From Geopsychrobacteraceae bacterium (GTDB lineage: Bacteria; Desulfobacterota; Desulfuromonadia; Desulfuromonadales; Geopsychrobacteraceae): 64,000 nt of DNA. Within the stretch, counting starts at the first letter, position 1, and each line of letters begins with the position of its first letter. Below, piece by piece: positions 1 through 9,742 of this stretch. The stretch covers positions 896,001 to 960,000 of the forward strand of contig CAXXTB010000002.1 of assembly GCA_963676795.2 (NCBI GenBank), read 5' to 3'. Position numbers and translations under genes: made by a program. The notes under the pieces were generated by a model that worked only from the letters and a program-made list of their open reading frames with translations, did no database searches and was not told the DNA's origin.

Positions 1-1104
1 GCGCCGTTATACCTGATCGGTTTCCTGGTGCCGATCCGCGAGTCGGGGTCGATGATTCCGCAGCTGCTGCTGGCCAGCTATATCCGTCGCCTGGCGATTC
101 GCAAGTGGGTCTGGGTCGCGGGGAGCTTTCTTCAGGCCTTCTGTATTGCCGGAATCGGCCTGGTGGCCTGGAGTCTGGAGGGGGCCGCCGCCGGGTACGC
201 CATTATCGGCCTGCTTGCCCTGTTCAGCCTGTCGCGCTGCTTGAGTTCCGTGGCGTCGAAGGATGTGGTCGGCAAGACCATTCCGAAGACACAGCGCGGG
301 CGGGTCAGCGGTTGGTCCGCCAGTGTCGCCGGCATGATCACGGTTGTGTTCGGTGCCGGGCTGCTGCTCTTTTCCGGCCGGGAGCTGGCTCCCGTTCATT
401 ACGGAATCATGCTCGCCGGCGCCGGTGCCCTGTGGCTGATTGCCGGATCGGTCTATGCCTTGATCAGGGAGTTTCCCGGTGAGGCCGCCGCGGCAGATAA
501 TGCCTTTATCGCTGCCTTCAGAAGGCTTACAATCCTGCGCAGCGACCGGCCGTTCCGACGTTTTGTCATCACCCGGGCGCTGCTGCTCTGTTCGGCGCTG
601 ACCGGTCCTTACTACGTCGTCCTGGCTCAGCAGCAGCTCGGTTCGCCCGGCTATCTGCTCGGTCTTTTCGTCATCGCCAGCGGTGCGGCCAGCCTGGTTT
701 CGTCACCGTTCTGGGGGCACTTCGCCGATCTGTCCAGCCGCAAGGTCCTGATTGCCGCCGCCCTGATGACGACTCTGCTCGGTCTGCTGGTTTTTCTGAT
801 CAGCGTGATGCGTCCGGGGCTGTTCGGTTTTGTCTGGCTGCTGCCGCTGGTCTATTTCCTGTTGAGTATCGCCCATCAGGGTGTCAGGGTAGGGCGCAAG
901 ACCTATGTCGTCGATCTGGCCGAAGGGAACAAGCGCACCGATTACGTCTCGGTCAGCAATACCCTGATCGGCATCATTCTGCTGATCCTCGGTTTCACAG
1001 GAGCTTTGAGCTCATTCGTTTCGGTTGCGACCATCATTCTGATCCTGTCATTGATGGGTGCTTTGGGAGCGCTGCTTGGCTTTACCTTGCCGGAGGTCGA
1101 ATAG
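1..1104 (+). CDS. MFS transporter (5' end outside window)
   Basis: Frame open from position 1 (APLYLIGFLVPIRESGSM...); many hydrophobic helices; stop TAG at 1102-1104. Confidence 0.85.
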   Translation, partial: APLYLIGFLVPIRESGSMIPQLLLASYIRRLAIRKWVWVAGSFLQAFCIAGIGLVAWSLEGAAAGYAIIGLLALFSLSRCLSSVASKDVVGKTIPKTQRGRVSGWSASVAGMITVVFGAGLLLFSGRELAPVHYGIMLAGAGALWLIAGSVYALIREFPGEAAAADNAFIAAFRRLTILRSDRPFRRFVITRALLLCSALTGPYYVVLAQQQLGSPGYLLGLFVIASGAASLVSSPFWGHFADLSSRKVLIAAALMTTLLGLLVFLISVMRPGLFGFVWLLPLVYFLLSIAHQGVRVGRKTYVVDLAEGNKRTDYVSVSNTLIGIILLILGFTGALSSFVSVATIILILSLMGALGALLGFTLPEVE

Positions 1105-1137
1105 GCGGCCGGCCGGTTCCCTGGGTGGTCCCTGTTG

Positions 1138-3315
1138 TCAGCTGGCCTGTTGCCTGACGATGGAAAAGAGTCGCTTTGGTGCCGGGCGAGTCTGCTCATC
1201 CCTGATGATAGGGCACCAGGCGGCTTTGATATCGGCATATTGCGGGATCAGCAGGTCGCTGGGCAATGGCTTGCAGAACAGGAACCCCTGGCCGATCTGA
1301 CACCCCAGTTTGCTGAGGAATTGACGCTGTTCTTCAGTCTCGATCCCTTCGACGACGACTTCAAGGTTCAGTGTTTCCGCCAGTTCGACCACCGTTTTGA
1401 TCAGCGCGCTGTCGAAATGGTCGGTCATGACGTCGGTGACGAAGCCGCGGTCGATCTTCAGGGTTGAAATCGGCAGGTGTTTCAGGTGGCTGAGCGAAGA
1501 GTGGCCGGTGCCAAAATCGTCAATGGCGACGCGGATCCCCTGTGCTCTGATTTTATTCAGGTGCGAGATCGTCAGTTCCGGATTCTCCATGGCGATGCTT
1601 TCTGTGATCTCCAGTTCGAAAAGGTTGGGATCCAGCTTGTGTCTGTTCAGGGCACTGATGACCGTCTCCGGAAATTGCGCTTGTTTGAACTGCACCATCG
1701 AGATATTGATACTCATGCAGAATTGATCGATGCCCGCATCGAGAAATTTTTTGGCCTGTTCGCAGGCCGAGTCGAGAACCCAGTCGCCGATCGGCAGGAT
1801 CAAGCCGGTCTCTTCGGCAACCGGAATGAATTCGAGCGGTGAAATCAACCCTTTTTCGGGGTGCTTCCATCTGAGCAAGGCTTCCAGCTTGAGCAGTTGT
1901 CCTGTCCTGAGATCGACCTGCGGATGAAAAAACAGTTCAAACTCCTGTTCCGTCAACGCCTTCCTGAGTTCATTGCTGATGGTGTGAAAGTCCTTGGATC
2001 TGGCATCCATTTCAGGGGTGTAGATTCTGTAGGTGTTGCGCTCTTTTTTTGCCGCGTACATGGCGACATCTGCGGTTCTTAACAGTTCTTCGAAGCTCTT
2101 TCCATGTCTGGAGAACAGGCTGATGCCGATGCTGGGAGTCAGAAAAAACTGCAGGCCATCGACATTGAAAGGTGTTGTGAAATGACTGAGCACCTGACGG
2201 GCCAGTTGAGAAATATTTTCCGTAGCAGAGAGCGGATCGATAATGATGACGAATTCGTCACCGGAGAGTCTGCCGATCAGCATCTTCTGGTCTATCGAAT
2301 CGACTAACCTCTGGGAAAACTGGACCAGAAACTTGTCGCCAATCTGATGGCCGTAGTTATCATTGACCATTTTGAAGTTATCAATATCAATGAGCAGAAC
2401 CGCAATTTCGTAGTTGTCTCTGGCCGCCCGTTGCAATGCCTTCTGCATCCAGTCCTGAATGCAGATCCGGTTCGGCAGGTTGGTCAGCGAGTCGTGATGA
2501 GCCAGGTACGCCATGGAGCTGCGTTGCCTGATCAGTTCCTGTTCGACCCTTTTTCTCTCCGTGATATCCTGCAGAATGCCGGTGATACTGACAAGCTGAG
2601 AAGAACTGTCGGTTTCGATGGTCATTTTCTGCTGGACATGACGACTTGAGCCATCGCTCAGGCCGATACGGTAGTCCAGCGTCAAGTCCGTTCTGTTGAG
2701 AATGGCCTCGCGCAGCGCGGTAAAAACTCTCTGCCGGTCTTCCTTGTGGATCTTTTTCAGAAAAAAACCGATCTCCGTCGACTCCTCCGGATGTATCGCG
2801 AAGATACGACAGATCTCCAGGGAGCAAAGAAACATATTCCCTTTGCGCTTCCATTTCCAGCTACCCAGCTGGGCGATCTGCTGGACTTCGGCAAGGTGTG
2901 CCTGTTCAAGGCGCAGGCGCCGTTCCATGGTTTTATAGTCGGTGACATCAAGCCATGAGCTGATGATTCTTTCCGCTTTGGTGCTGGTCGCCGGTTTCTT
3001 GATCAGGTCGTCCCTGAGCCAGCGATATTCGCCAAACTGGTTACGAAACCGGTAATAACAGATCGTGCGGCTGTCAAATTTGAGCGCTGAGATCGTCTCC
3101 AGGACCCTGGCTTTGTCGTCAGCGTGGATGTTGTCCAGCCAGATGCTGGAATTGTTTCGGAAGCTGTTTGGCGAATAGCCGAGAAGATCCTGAATATTGG
3201 TGCTGGCGTAGGTGCAGTTCAGATCGTCGCAGTTACGGATTAAGACGACAACGGGACCTTCACCCAGAAGATTGTCAGGTAAAGTGTCAATACGACTACC
3301 GGTCAAGTCTATCAT
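1138..3315 (-). CDS. PAS-PAS-GGDEF-EAL diguanylate cyclase/phosphodiesterase
   Basis: PAS-like IHxDD..V motifs, HDSLTNLPNR, SGDEF, LEALLRW, IDDFGTG, VVVEGIE; ATG at 3315 with GGAGG upstream. Confidence 0.93.
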   Translation of the reverse strand: MIDLTGSRIDTLPDNLLGEGPVVVLIRNCDDLNCTYASTNIQDLLGYSPNSFRNNSSIWLDNIHADDKARVLETISALKFDSRTICYYRFRNQFGEYRWLRDDLIKKPATSTKAERIISSWLDVTDYKTMERRLRLEQAHLAEVQQIAQLGSWKWKRKGNMFLCSLEICRIFAIHPEESTEIGFFLKKIHKEDRQRVFTALREAILNRTDLTLDYRIGLSDGSSRHVQQKMTIETDSSSQLVSITGILQDITERKRVEQELIRQRSSMAYLAHHDSLTNLPNRICIQDWMQKALQRAARDNYEIAVLLIDIDNFKMVNDNYGHQIGDKFLVQFSQRLVDSIDQKMLIGRLSGDEFVIIIDPLSATENISQLARQVLSHFTTPFNVDGLQFFLTPSIGISLFSRHGKSFEELLRTADVAMYAAKKERNTYRIYTPEMDARSKDFHTISNELRKALTEQEFELFFHPQVDLRTGQLLKLEALLRWKHPEKGLISPLEFIPVAEETGLILPIGDWVLDSACEQAKKFLDAGIDQFCMSINISMVQFKQAQFPETVISALNRHKLDPNLFELEITESIAMENPELTISHLNKIRAQGIRVAIDDFGTGHSSLSHLKHLPISTLKIDRGFVTDVMTDHFDSALIKTVVELAETLNLEVVVEGIETEEQRQFLSKLGCQIGQGFLFCKPLPSDLLIPQYADIKAAWCPIIRDEQTRPAPKRLFSIVRQQAS

Positions 3316-3666
3316 AGATGTAAACCCTCCCCCGATGGCTGAAGTCCCGGACAATGAAAAGGGACTTTTCTATGATGATTAGAATGTAGCTGATAACAAT
3401 GTAATTAATGGCAGAAGCTGATTTAATAAAAAAAAACTAAAAAACGCAAGACTTTTTGCTATTTGAAAGATATTAATAATATTAGTGTTTTTGGATCTTC
3501 TTAACTGGCGGAATAGGTTGTCACCGTTGGAAAATGAATAACTGCTTGAGATTTCGAGATTTCCTTTGAAGCCTTCGGCGCTTTCTCAGTCGGGGTCGGT
3601 CCTCCCCGGCTTCACAATGTCCGGATGCATCGGTTAAGCTGAAGACAGACAGCAAAAGGAGCTTCT

Positions 3667-4464
3667 ATGCGTTTCCCTGTTTTGTATCTACTGTTGCTTG
3701 TGCTGCTTCTGTCCGGTTGCCTGAAGCCGATCCCTGCCGACCCTGTCCTGCAGGAGCAGTTCTTCAGGCGGCCTGAAAATCTCAAGCTGACCTTTGTCAC
3801 CGACAAGGGGGAGCAGGTTGCCTACTATCTGCCGCCTCTTGATCACCCTCATGCTCCTCCTGAAAAGCTCAACATCCTCTATCCGGGGATCAACTCTCTG
3901 GCTCTGGGCTGGCTGGGGTTTATCGACCTTAAGGATTCTCCGCAGACCGGCTATCTGCTGATCGAATATCCGGGACGGGGGCTGTCCGAAGGGACGATGC
4001 GTCCGGAGAAAAATTACCTCAATACCGAAGGGGCTCTGAATGCACTGGCCCGGCATTTTCAGCTCGACAGCGCCAGTTTCCAACTCAGCCTCATGGGCCA
4101 TTCTTTCGGCACCGGCATGGCGCTGCAGTTTGCAGCCATACGGCAGGTCGAAAGGGTTGTACTGGTTGCACCGTTCAACGATTTGAAAGCGGGGGTGAGG
4201 CAGCAGTCTTGGCTGTTGGCTGCGATTATGCCGAGCCAGATCGACAGCCGTAAGCTGATCCGGCAGCTGCTCGATTCGAGCGATCCGCCTGAACTCAGCA
4301 TTTTGCACGGCGCAAAGGATAGGGTCCTGCCGGTCACCATGGGCCGCGAACTGGCGCAGCTCGATCCGCGAATCAGCTATCACGAGTTTGCCGAAGACGA
4401 TCACAGCTCGATCCTGACGACACAGTGGAGGTTGATCTTCGGGTTATTGAATGGGGATGAGTGA
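3667..4464 (+). CDS. alpha/beta hydrolase, probable lipoprotein
   Basis: LSGC lipobox, GHSFG nucleophile elbow, HGAKD and C-terminal His. Confidence 0.85.
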   Translation: MRFPVLYLLLLVLLLSGCLKPIPADPVLQEQFFRRPENLKLTFVTDKGEQVAYYLPPLDHPHAPPEKLNILYPGINSLALGWLGFIDLKDSPQTGYLLIEYPGRGLSEGTMRPEKNYLNTEGALNALARHFQLDSASFQLSLMGHSFGTGMALQFAAIRQVERVVLVAPFNDLKAGVRQQSWLLAAIMPSQIDSRKLIRQLLDSSDPPELSILHGAKDRVLPVTMGRELAQLDPRISYHEFAEDDHSSILTTQWRLIFGLLNGDE

Positions 4465-4503
4465 GTCAGATCCAGGGTGGTGATAAAGATCAAAAATCCA
4501 TAT

Positions 4504-4737
4504 CTCACGCGAAGCCGCGAAGAGCGCTAAGGAAAGCTGATACCCGTTTGACCACAGAGAAAGTCTGACACAAGCTTTTACTTGGAAAGGGAGGCAGGGG
4601 ATTCAGGGGATTTAGAGGAAAAGCTTCGTCCTTATTTCGGTTCTCCGTGGCTTTGTGCGAGGGGATTTTAGATTATTTTTCGTAATTTTCGTGTTTTCCG
4701 TGGACAAATGTTTATAACCTTCGCGGCTTTGCGTGAG
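4504..4737. repeat. composite intergenic palindromic repeat (homologous to 33779-33997)
   Basis: CTCACGCGAAGCCGCGAAG ... CTTCGCGGCTTTGCGTGAG inverted arms; internal blocks shared with the 33.8-kb copy. Confidence 0.8.
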
Positions 4738-4744
4738 GCAGGTT

Positions 4745-5386
4745 TTAAGATTTCACCGCAATACCACGGATCGTCCGGTTGAGGAAGGATGGAACACCGT
4801 CGATCAATTCTTCGGTCAGTGTTTCAATGCGCAGGCCTGCCGCTTCAATGTTGGCCGCCGTGTCGCGGGTCAGGCGGCAATCCCCTGCGCAGATTTTCCA
4901 GAAGGGTTCCAGGCGCTGTTGCCAGCGGCGTGTTTTGTCCTGATCCGAAATGACATGTTCCATAAAGATCAGCCTGCCGCCCGGTTTCAGCAGCCGCTCG
5001 ATTTCCTCAAGGCTGCTGGTTGGACAGCCCACGGTACACAGCACCAGGGTCGAAACAATGCTGTCCAGACTTTCTGCGGCCAGGGGAACCCGGTCCGCCG
5101 GCCAATCGGTAATTCTGTAATTCAGATGCTGAAGCTTCGCCCCCTCGGCGACCAGTTTCCGGCGCATGAAATCATCCGGTTCGGCCAGGGTCAGGCTGGT
5201 CAGCAGTGGCGGGTAAAAGGGGAGGTTCAGCCCGGTTCCGGCGCCGATTTCCAGCACATCACCGTAGGCGTTGTGCAGCAGTTCCTGACGCCAGCCTGCC
5301 AGGCAACGTTGTTCTGTGCCGTGCATCAGCAGATTGTAGCTTACAGCGATCAGCCAGGATCGGAAGGTCAGTGCTGTTTGTTTCAT
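4745..5386 (-). CDS. class I SAM-dependent methyltransferase
   Basis: VLEIGAGTG motif I, LKPGGRLIFMEH. Confidence 0.9.
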   Translation of the reverse strand: MKQTALTFRSWLIAVSYNLLMHGTEQRCLAGWRQELLHNAYGDVLEIGAGTGLNLPFYPPLLTSLTLAEPDDFMRRKLVAEGAKLQHLNYRITDWPADRVPLAAESLDSIVSTLVLCTVGCPTSSLEEIERLLKPGGRLIFMEHVISDQDKTRRWQQRLEPFWKICAGDCRLTRDTAANIEAAGLRIETLTEELIDGVPSFLNRTIRGIAVKS

Positions 5387-5391
5387 TTGTA

Positions 5392-6990
5392 CTAACCCAG
5401 AATGATGACGAGGATCTTGGTCAACAGGATCATGCCGATCAGGGCGACCGGGTAGACCGTGGCGTAGGCCGCTGCTGCGTAGGGCGTTTCCACCAGCCCG
5501 GAGACGCTGGCCAGTCCCGGTGTGCTGGTCATGCCGCCGGTCAGGACCCCGAGCAGATGCAGGAACCTGATTTTCAGCAGCTTGCTGCCGATCAGCAGGG
5601 CGACCAGCAGCGGCAGCAGGGTGACGACAATGCCAGAGATAAACAGCGCCACTCCCTGCTGCTGCAGGGTTACGAGGATGTTCGCCCCGGTGCGCGTGCC
5701 GACCGTCGCCAGGAACAGCAGCAGCCCCAGTTCGCGGATAAAGCTGTTGGTCGTGGCCGGGATCTCCCAGATCAGCGGGCCGGTCTTATAGAGCGCACTC
5801 AGGACCAGCCCGGCGAGCAGCACGCCGCCGGAGATCCCCAGTGTGAACTCGCCGATATAGGGGATATAGAGCGGAAACTGGCCGATCAGGAAGCCGATCA
5901 GCAGACCGACGACGATCGGAATCAGGTCGGTCTTGTAGGTCTCGCGGATATCGTTGCCGAGCATCCAGGAGACGTTCTGAATCGCCTCCTCCTGGCCGAC
6001 GACATGGATGATATCGCCCAGGTGGATGCGGGTGTTCTTGTCCGGTGTCAGGTCGATGCCGTTACGGGTGATGCGCGAGACCTGAATGCCGAAGTTCTTC
6101 TTCAGGTTGAGTGTCCCGGCCTGAAACCCGACCCGCGAATGTTTGGAGATCATGATCGATTTTTTGGCCAGCCCCCGGGAAAACTCGATCGAGTCCTCGA
6201 TCGGTTGGCCGAGCAGCAGAATCGCCTGCTCGATCTCATCCTCATGGCCGACGATGCGTACCTTGTCCCCCTTATCGAGTCGGGTATCGCCGTAGACGAT
6301 CACCGGTTCTGGCTCGCCGACCTTGAGCAGGCGGGTCAGGACCACCGGCGCGCTCTTTTTAAAGGGGATCTCGCGGACCTTTTTGCCGAAGATATTCGGG
6401 TTGGTGATCTCGATATGACGGGCCAGCATCGGCGGATTTTCCTGTTCGATCATCTCCTTCATGCGCTGTTCCTCAGCGAGCAGATCGACCTTGAACATCC
6501 GTGGCAGCAGGCGGACAAAGAGGATCACCCCGAGCACGCCGAAACAGTAGGTCAGTCCGTAGGCGGCCGGGGCCTGGCTGTTGACCACCGATTCAACCGC
6601 CACCGCCAGGCCGGGGGTGCTGGTCAGCGCCCCGGAGAACAGCCCCGCCGCGATTCCGGCATCGAATCCATTGATCCAGCTGCAGATCAGGGTGGTGACA
6701 AAGCCGGTCAGGACGATGATTGAGGCCCCCAGAGACAGATGCAGCCCCTGCTTTTTGAAGGAAGAGAGAAACCCGGGTCCGGCCTGCAGCCCGACCGAAT
6801 AGATGAACAGCACCAGCCCCAGGGTCTGAAACACCGCCGGCAGGGTCAGGCCGGAGTAACCGAAGGTCAGCCCGGTAAAGATCACCGCCGAAGAGCCAAG
6901 CGAGAAGTTCTTGACCTTCAGATGGCCGATGATTGAGCCGCTGACGATAACGGCAAAGAGCAGAAAAACAGGATTTTGCAACAGCGACAT
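5392..6990 (-). CDS. AspT/YidE/YbjL family transporter with two TrkA-C (RCK_C) domains
   Basis: Duplicated GALTSTPGLA/GGMTSTPGLA motifs, central soluble RCK-like region; ATG at 6990 with GGGGAG RBS. Confidence 0.9.
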   Translation of the reverse strand: MSLLQNPVFLLFAVIVSGSIIGHLKVKNFSLGSSAVIFTGLTFGYSGLTLPAVFQTLGLVLFIYSVGLQAGPGFLSSFKKQGLHLSLGASIIVLTGFVTTLICSWINGFDAGIAAGLFSGALTSTPGLAVAVESVVNSQAPAAYGLTYCFGVLGVILFVRLLPRMFKVDLLAEEQRMKEMIEQENPPMLARHIEITNPNIFGKKVREIPFKKSAPVVLTRLLKVGEPEPVIVYGDTRLDKGDKVRIVGHEDEIEQAILLLGQPIEDSIEFSRGLAKKSIMISKHSRVGFQAGTLNLKKNFGIQVSRITRNGIDLTPDKNTRIHLGDIIHVVGQEEAIQNVSWMLGNDIRETYKTDLIPIVVGLLIGFLIGQFPLYIPYIGEFTLGISGGVLLAGLVLSALYKTGPLIWEIPATTNSFIRELGLLLFLATVGTRTGANILVTLQQQGVALFISGIVVTLLPLLVALLIGSKLLKIRFLHLLGVLTGGMTSTPGLASVSGLVETPYAAAAYATVYPVALIGMILLTKILVIILG

Positions 6991-7152
6991 TATGTAGCGG
7001 CTCCCCATGGGCGAATGTGGATTGGTGGTCGTTGCATCTCTATCTGGTAGTATACCCGAGCTGGTGCAAATCGGTACAGAGCAGCAGGCAGATCAGTGTA
7101 ACACTGCGCTCTGAGAATGGCGGGAATTTATCTGGGGAAAATCATAATCTGA

Positions 7153-7352
7153 CTCACCACAGAGCCACGGAGGACACCGAGATAAGAATCAAACTTGGGT
7201 TCCTAATTAATATCTCACGTATCCCCGTGTTAAGTTTTTTTATTTCCTCAGTGATCTCTGTGTCTCGTTAACCGCAGGGCGCGGGTGGTTCAGATTAATC
7301 CGCAAAAAAGCACGATAAAACCATGTTTACCACGGTGGTACAGAGAACACTG
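7153..7352. repeat. intergenic CAC(A/G)GAG-type triplet repeats
   Basis: CACCACAGAGCCACGGAGGACACCGAG, its inverted partner, AACCGCAGGGCGCGGGTGGT, and ACCACGGTGGTACAGAGAACACTGAG. Confidence 0.75.
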
Positions 7353-7444
7353 AGCTGGAAAGCCAGAAAAGAATCATTGAAATATCTGATACTGATTTTT
7401 AATATGCCGGAACGCCTATTCTTTCCCGCATTAAGGACCCTGCT

Positions 7445-9645
7445 ATGCCTTATAACCTGACCCTTGCTGAAATCCGCCAGTTTTTTGATCGCCCCACCTT
7501 TTCCCGTGGCCTGAATTATCAGCGTGAAGGGCGGGTCCTTGTTGCCGAGTGGGATGACGAGGTGAAAATCCTTTTTGGTGAGGTTGAGGGGAGCGGAGAG
7601 CGCGTCTACGAGCAGGAAATCTATTTTACCCCGGCCAGAAACCGCAGAGTCATGGGATCCTGTACCTGCCCCGTGGGCGGGAGTTGCAAGCATGTCGTTG
7701 CCGTTCTACTGGAGTTCATTGAGCTGAATCATGAACTGCCGGAAAAATCGGTGCCGGCAAAGCTGTCCGCTCTGGAGCGTTGGCAGAAGGATACTCTGAA
7801 GCTCCTCGCCGACAAGCAGGTTGCGGCTCCCCAGCCGGGCAGCAGTTTTATTCTCTACCTGCTGAACCCGGTCAAGGGGAAGGACGGCCTGCCCGAGATC
7901 GAGCTGACAACGGTGAAAAGCCGGCTGTTGAAAAAAGGGGGATGGGGCAAAGCCAGCTCTTACCGGCTTTTCGATCTGATCGCCTATGACTATTACCGGA
8001 GCTACGATGATGGCGTTCGTTCTGTCGATAAGGAGATCGCCCGTCTGCTCAGCGACGGCAACCGCTCTTACAGTTATCAGCCGACGTCGCTGCGCCTGCA
8101 GGGGGATGTCGGTGTGCTGGTTCTGCAGCGCCTTCTTTTGAGCAGGCGCTGCTACTATAAAAACCTCGATAATCCTCCGCTGGTTGCGGTATCGAGGCCG
8201 TTGCCGCGCCAGCCGGACTGGCCGCGCAGCTGCGCGAATATCAGTCAGAAGGCCTGGCGTGGCTGCAGTTTCTCCGGGAATATGCGTTTCACGGCATCCT
8301 TGCCGATGATATGGGCTTAGGGAAAACGATTCAGACCCTAAGTCATCTGCAGCTCGAAAGAGAGACAGGAAGGCTCGACCGCCCCGCCCTGATTGTTGCT
8401 CCGACCAGCGTGCTGGGCAACTGGCTGCGCGAGGCGAAGCGTTTTACCCCCGGGCTGAAGGCAGCGCTGTTGCACGGCCCGGAGCGGGGCAATATCTTCG
8501 CAACGGCACAGGATTACGATCTGCTGGTCACCAGTTACGCGCTGCTTGACCGCGATCTGGAACGCCACCTGGAGGGGGAATATCACAGTTTGATTCTCGA
8601 TGAAGCCCAGGCGATCAAGAACCCCAAGGCCAAGGTTGCGCAGGCGGCCTGTGCCGTCAAAAGCCGCCACCGGCTCTGCCTGACCGGCACGCCGCTGGAA
8701 AACCATCTGGGCGAGCTCTGGTCGCTGTTTCACTTTCTTATGCCCGGCTTCCTCGGCGCGCAGCAGACCTTCACCCGGCTGTTCCGCACGCCCGTTGAGA
8801 AACAGCAGAACCTGAGCCGTCAGCAGCAGCTGCAGCAACGGATCATGCCCTTTGTCCTGCGCCGGACCAAGGATCAGGTCACCCGCGAGCTGCCGCCCAA
8901 AACGACCATGGTCCGCGAGGCCGAACTCGGCAGCGCTCAGGCCCGTCTCTATGAAAGCCTGCGCCTGGCGATGACGAAAAAGGTCAATCAGCTGCTCGAA
9001 AGCAAAGGACTGCAGAACAGCCACATCGAAATCCTTGACGCCCTGCTCAAACTGCGTCAGGCCTGCTGTGACCCGCGGCTGGTCAAGCTTGAGAGCGCCG
9101 CCAAGGTCAAACAGTCGGCCAAGCTTGAACTGCTGCTCGAGCTGCTTGAAGAACTGCTCGAAGAAGGGCGACGGGTCCTGATTTTTTCGCAGTTCACCTC
9201 CATGCTGACCCTCATCGAAGCCGAACTTAAAGCGCGGCGGATCGCTTATGCAAAACTGACCGGACAGACCCGCAAGCGCGACGAGGCAATCGCCATGTTC
9301 CAGGAGGGGGAGGCCGGCGTTTTCCTGATCAGCCTCAAGGCCGGCGGTGTCGGTCTCAATCTGACCGCCGCCGATGCGGTCATTCACTATGATCCATGGT
9401 GGAACCCCGCTGCCGAAAATCAGGCCACTGACCGGGCTCACCGTATCGGCCAGGACAAGCCGGTGTTCGTTTACAAGCTGGTCGCCAAAGGAACGGTCGA
9501 GGAGAAGATTCTTCAGCTGCAGGATAAGAAACAGCGCCTCGCCGACGGCATCTACGCCGGCGGGGAAGGGCAGGCCGCAACGGCGATCAGCTCCGAGGAA
9601 CTGCTCGCGCTGCTGGCGCCGGTCAGTGAAGATACTCTTGAATGA
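7445..9645 (+). pseudogene. SWIM zinc finger-SNF2 helicase, frame-disrupted near 8173-8190 (apparent internal deletion)
   Basis: SWIM CTCPVGGSCKHVVA in ORF 7445-8320; in another frame from about 8188: GIEAVAAPAGLAAQLREYQ..GILADDMGLGKT, DEAQ, QATDRAHRIGQ; that frame has a TAA at 8170. Confidence 0.8.
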
Positions 9646-9658
9646 TGACTCTGTATTC

Positions 9659-9742
9659 AGCAGCAGAGATAAGCGGATAAGGGCGGATGTAAAACCTGAA
9701 CCTTGTTCGCTCGCTTAATCTGTGTCAATCCGTGAAAATCTG
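9659..9742. repeat. C(A/G)GAT-type inverted repeat pair; right arm interrupted by the intron
   Basis: CAGCAGCAGAGATAAGCGGATAAGGGCGGAT ... ATCTGTGTCAATCCGTGAAAATCTG|TGGCTG (continues at 11744). Confidence 0.75.

Noticed and set aside
5206..6723. 505-aa plus-strand ORF and other long antisense ORFs (e.g. 21506-22717, 19787-20410, 29460-30392)
   Set aside because: Shadows of well-supported genes on the opposite strand in GC-rich DNA; no recognisable motifs
8170..8200. Programmed ribosomal frameshift in the SNF2 gene
   Set aside because: No slippery heptamer at the junction, and the joined product would still be much shorter than typical family members
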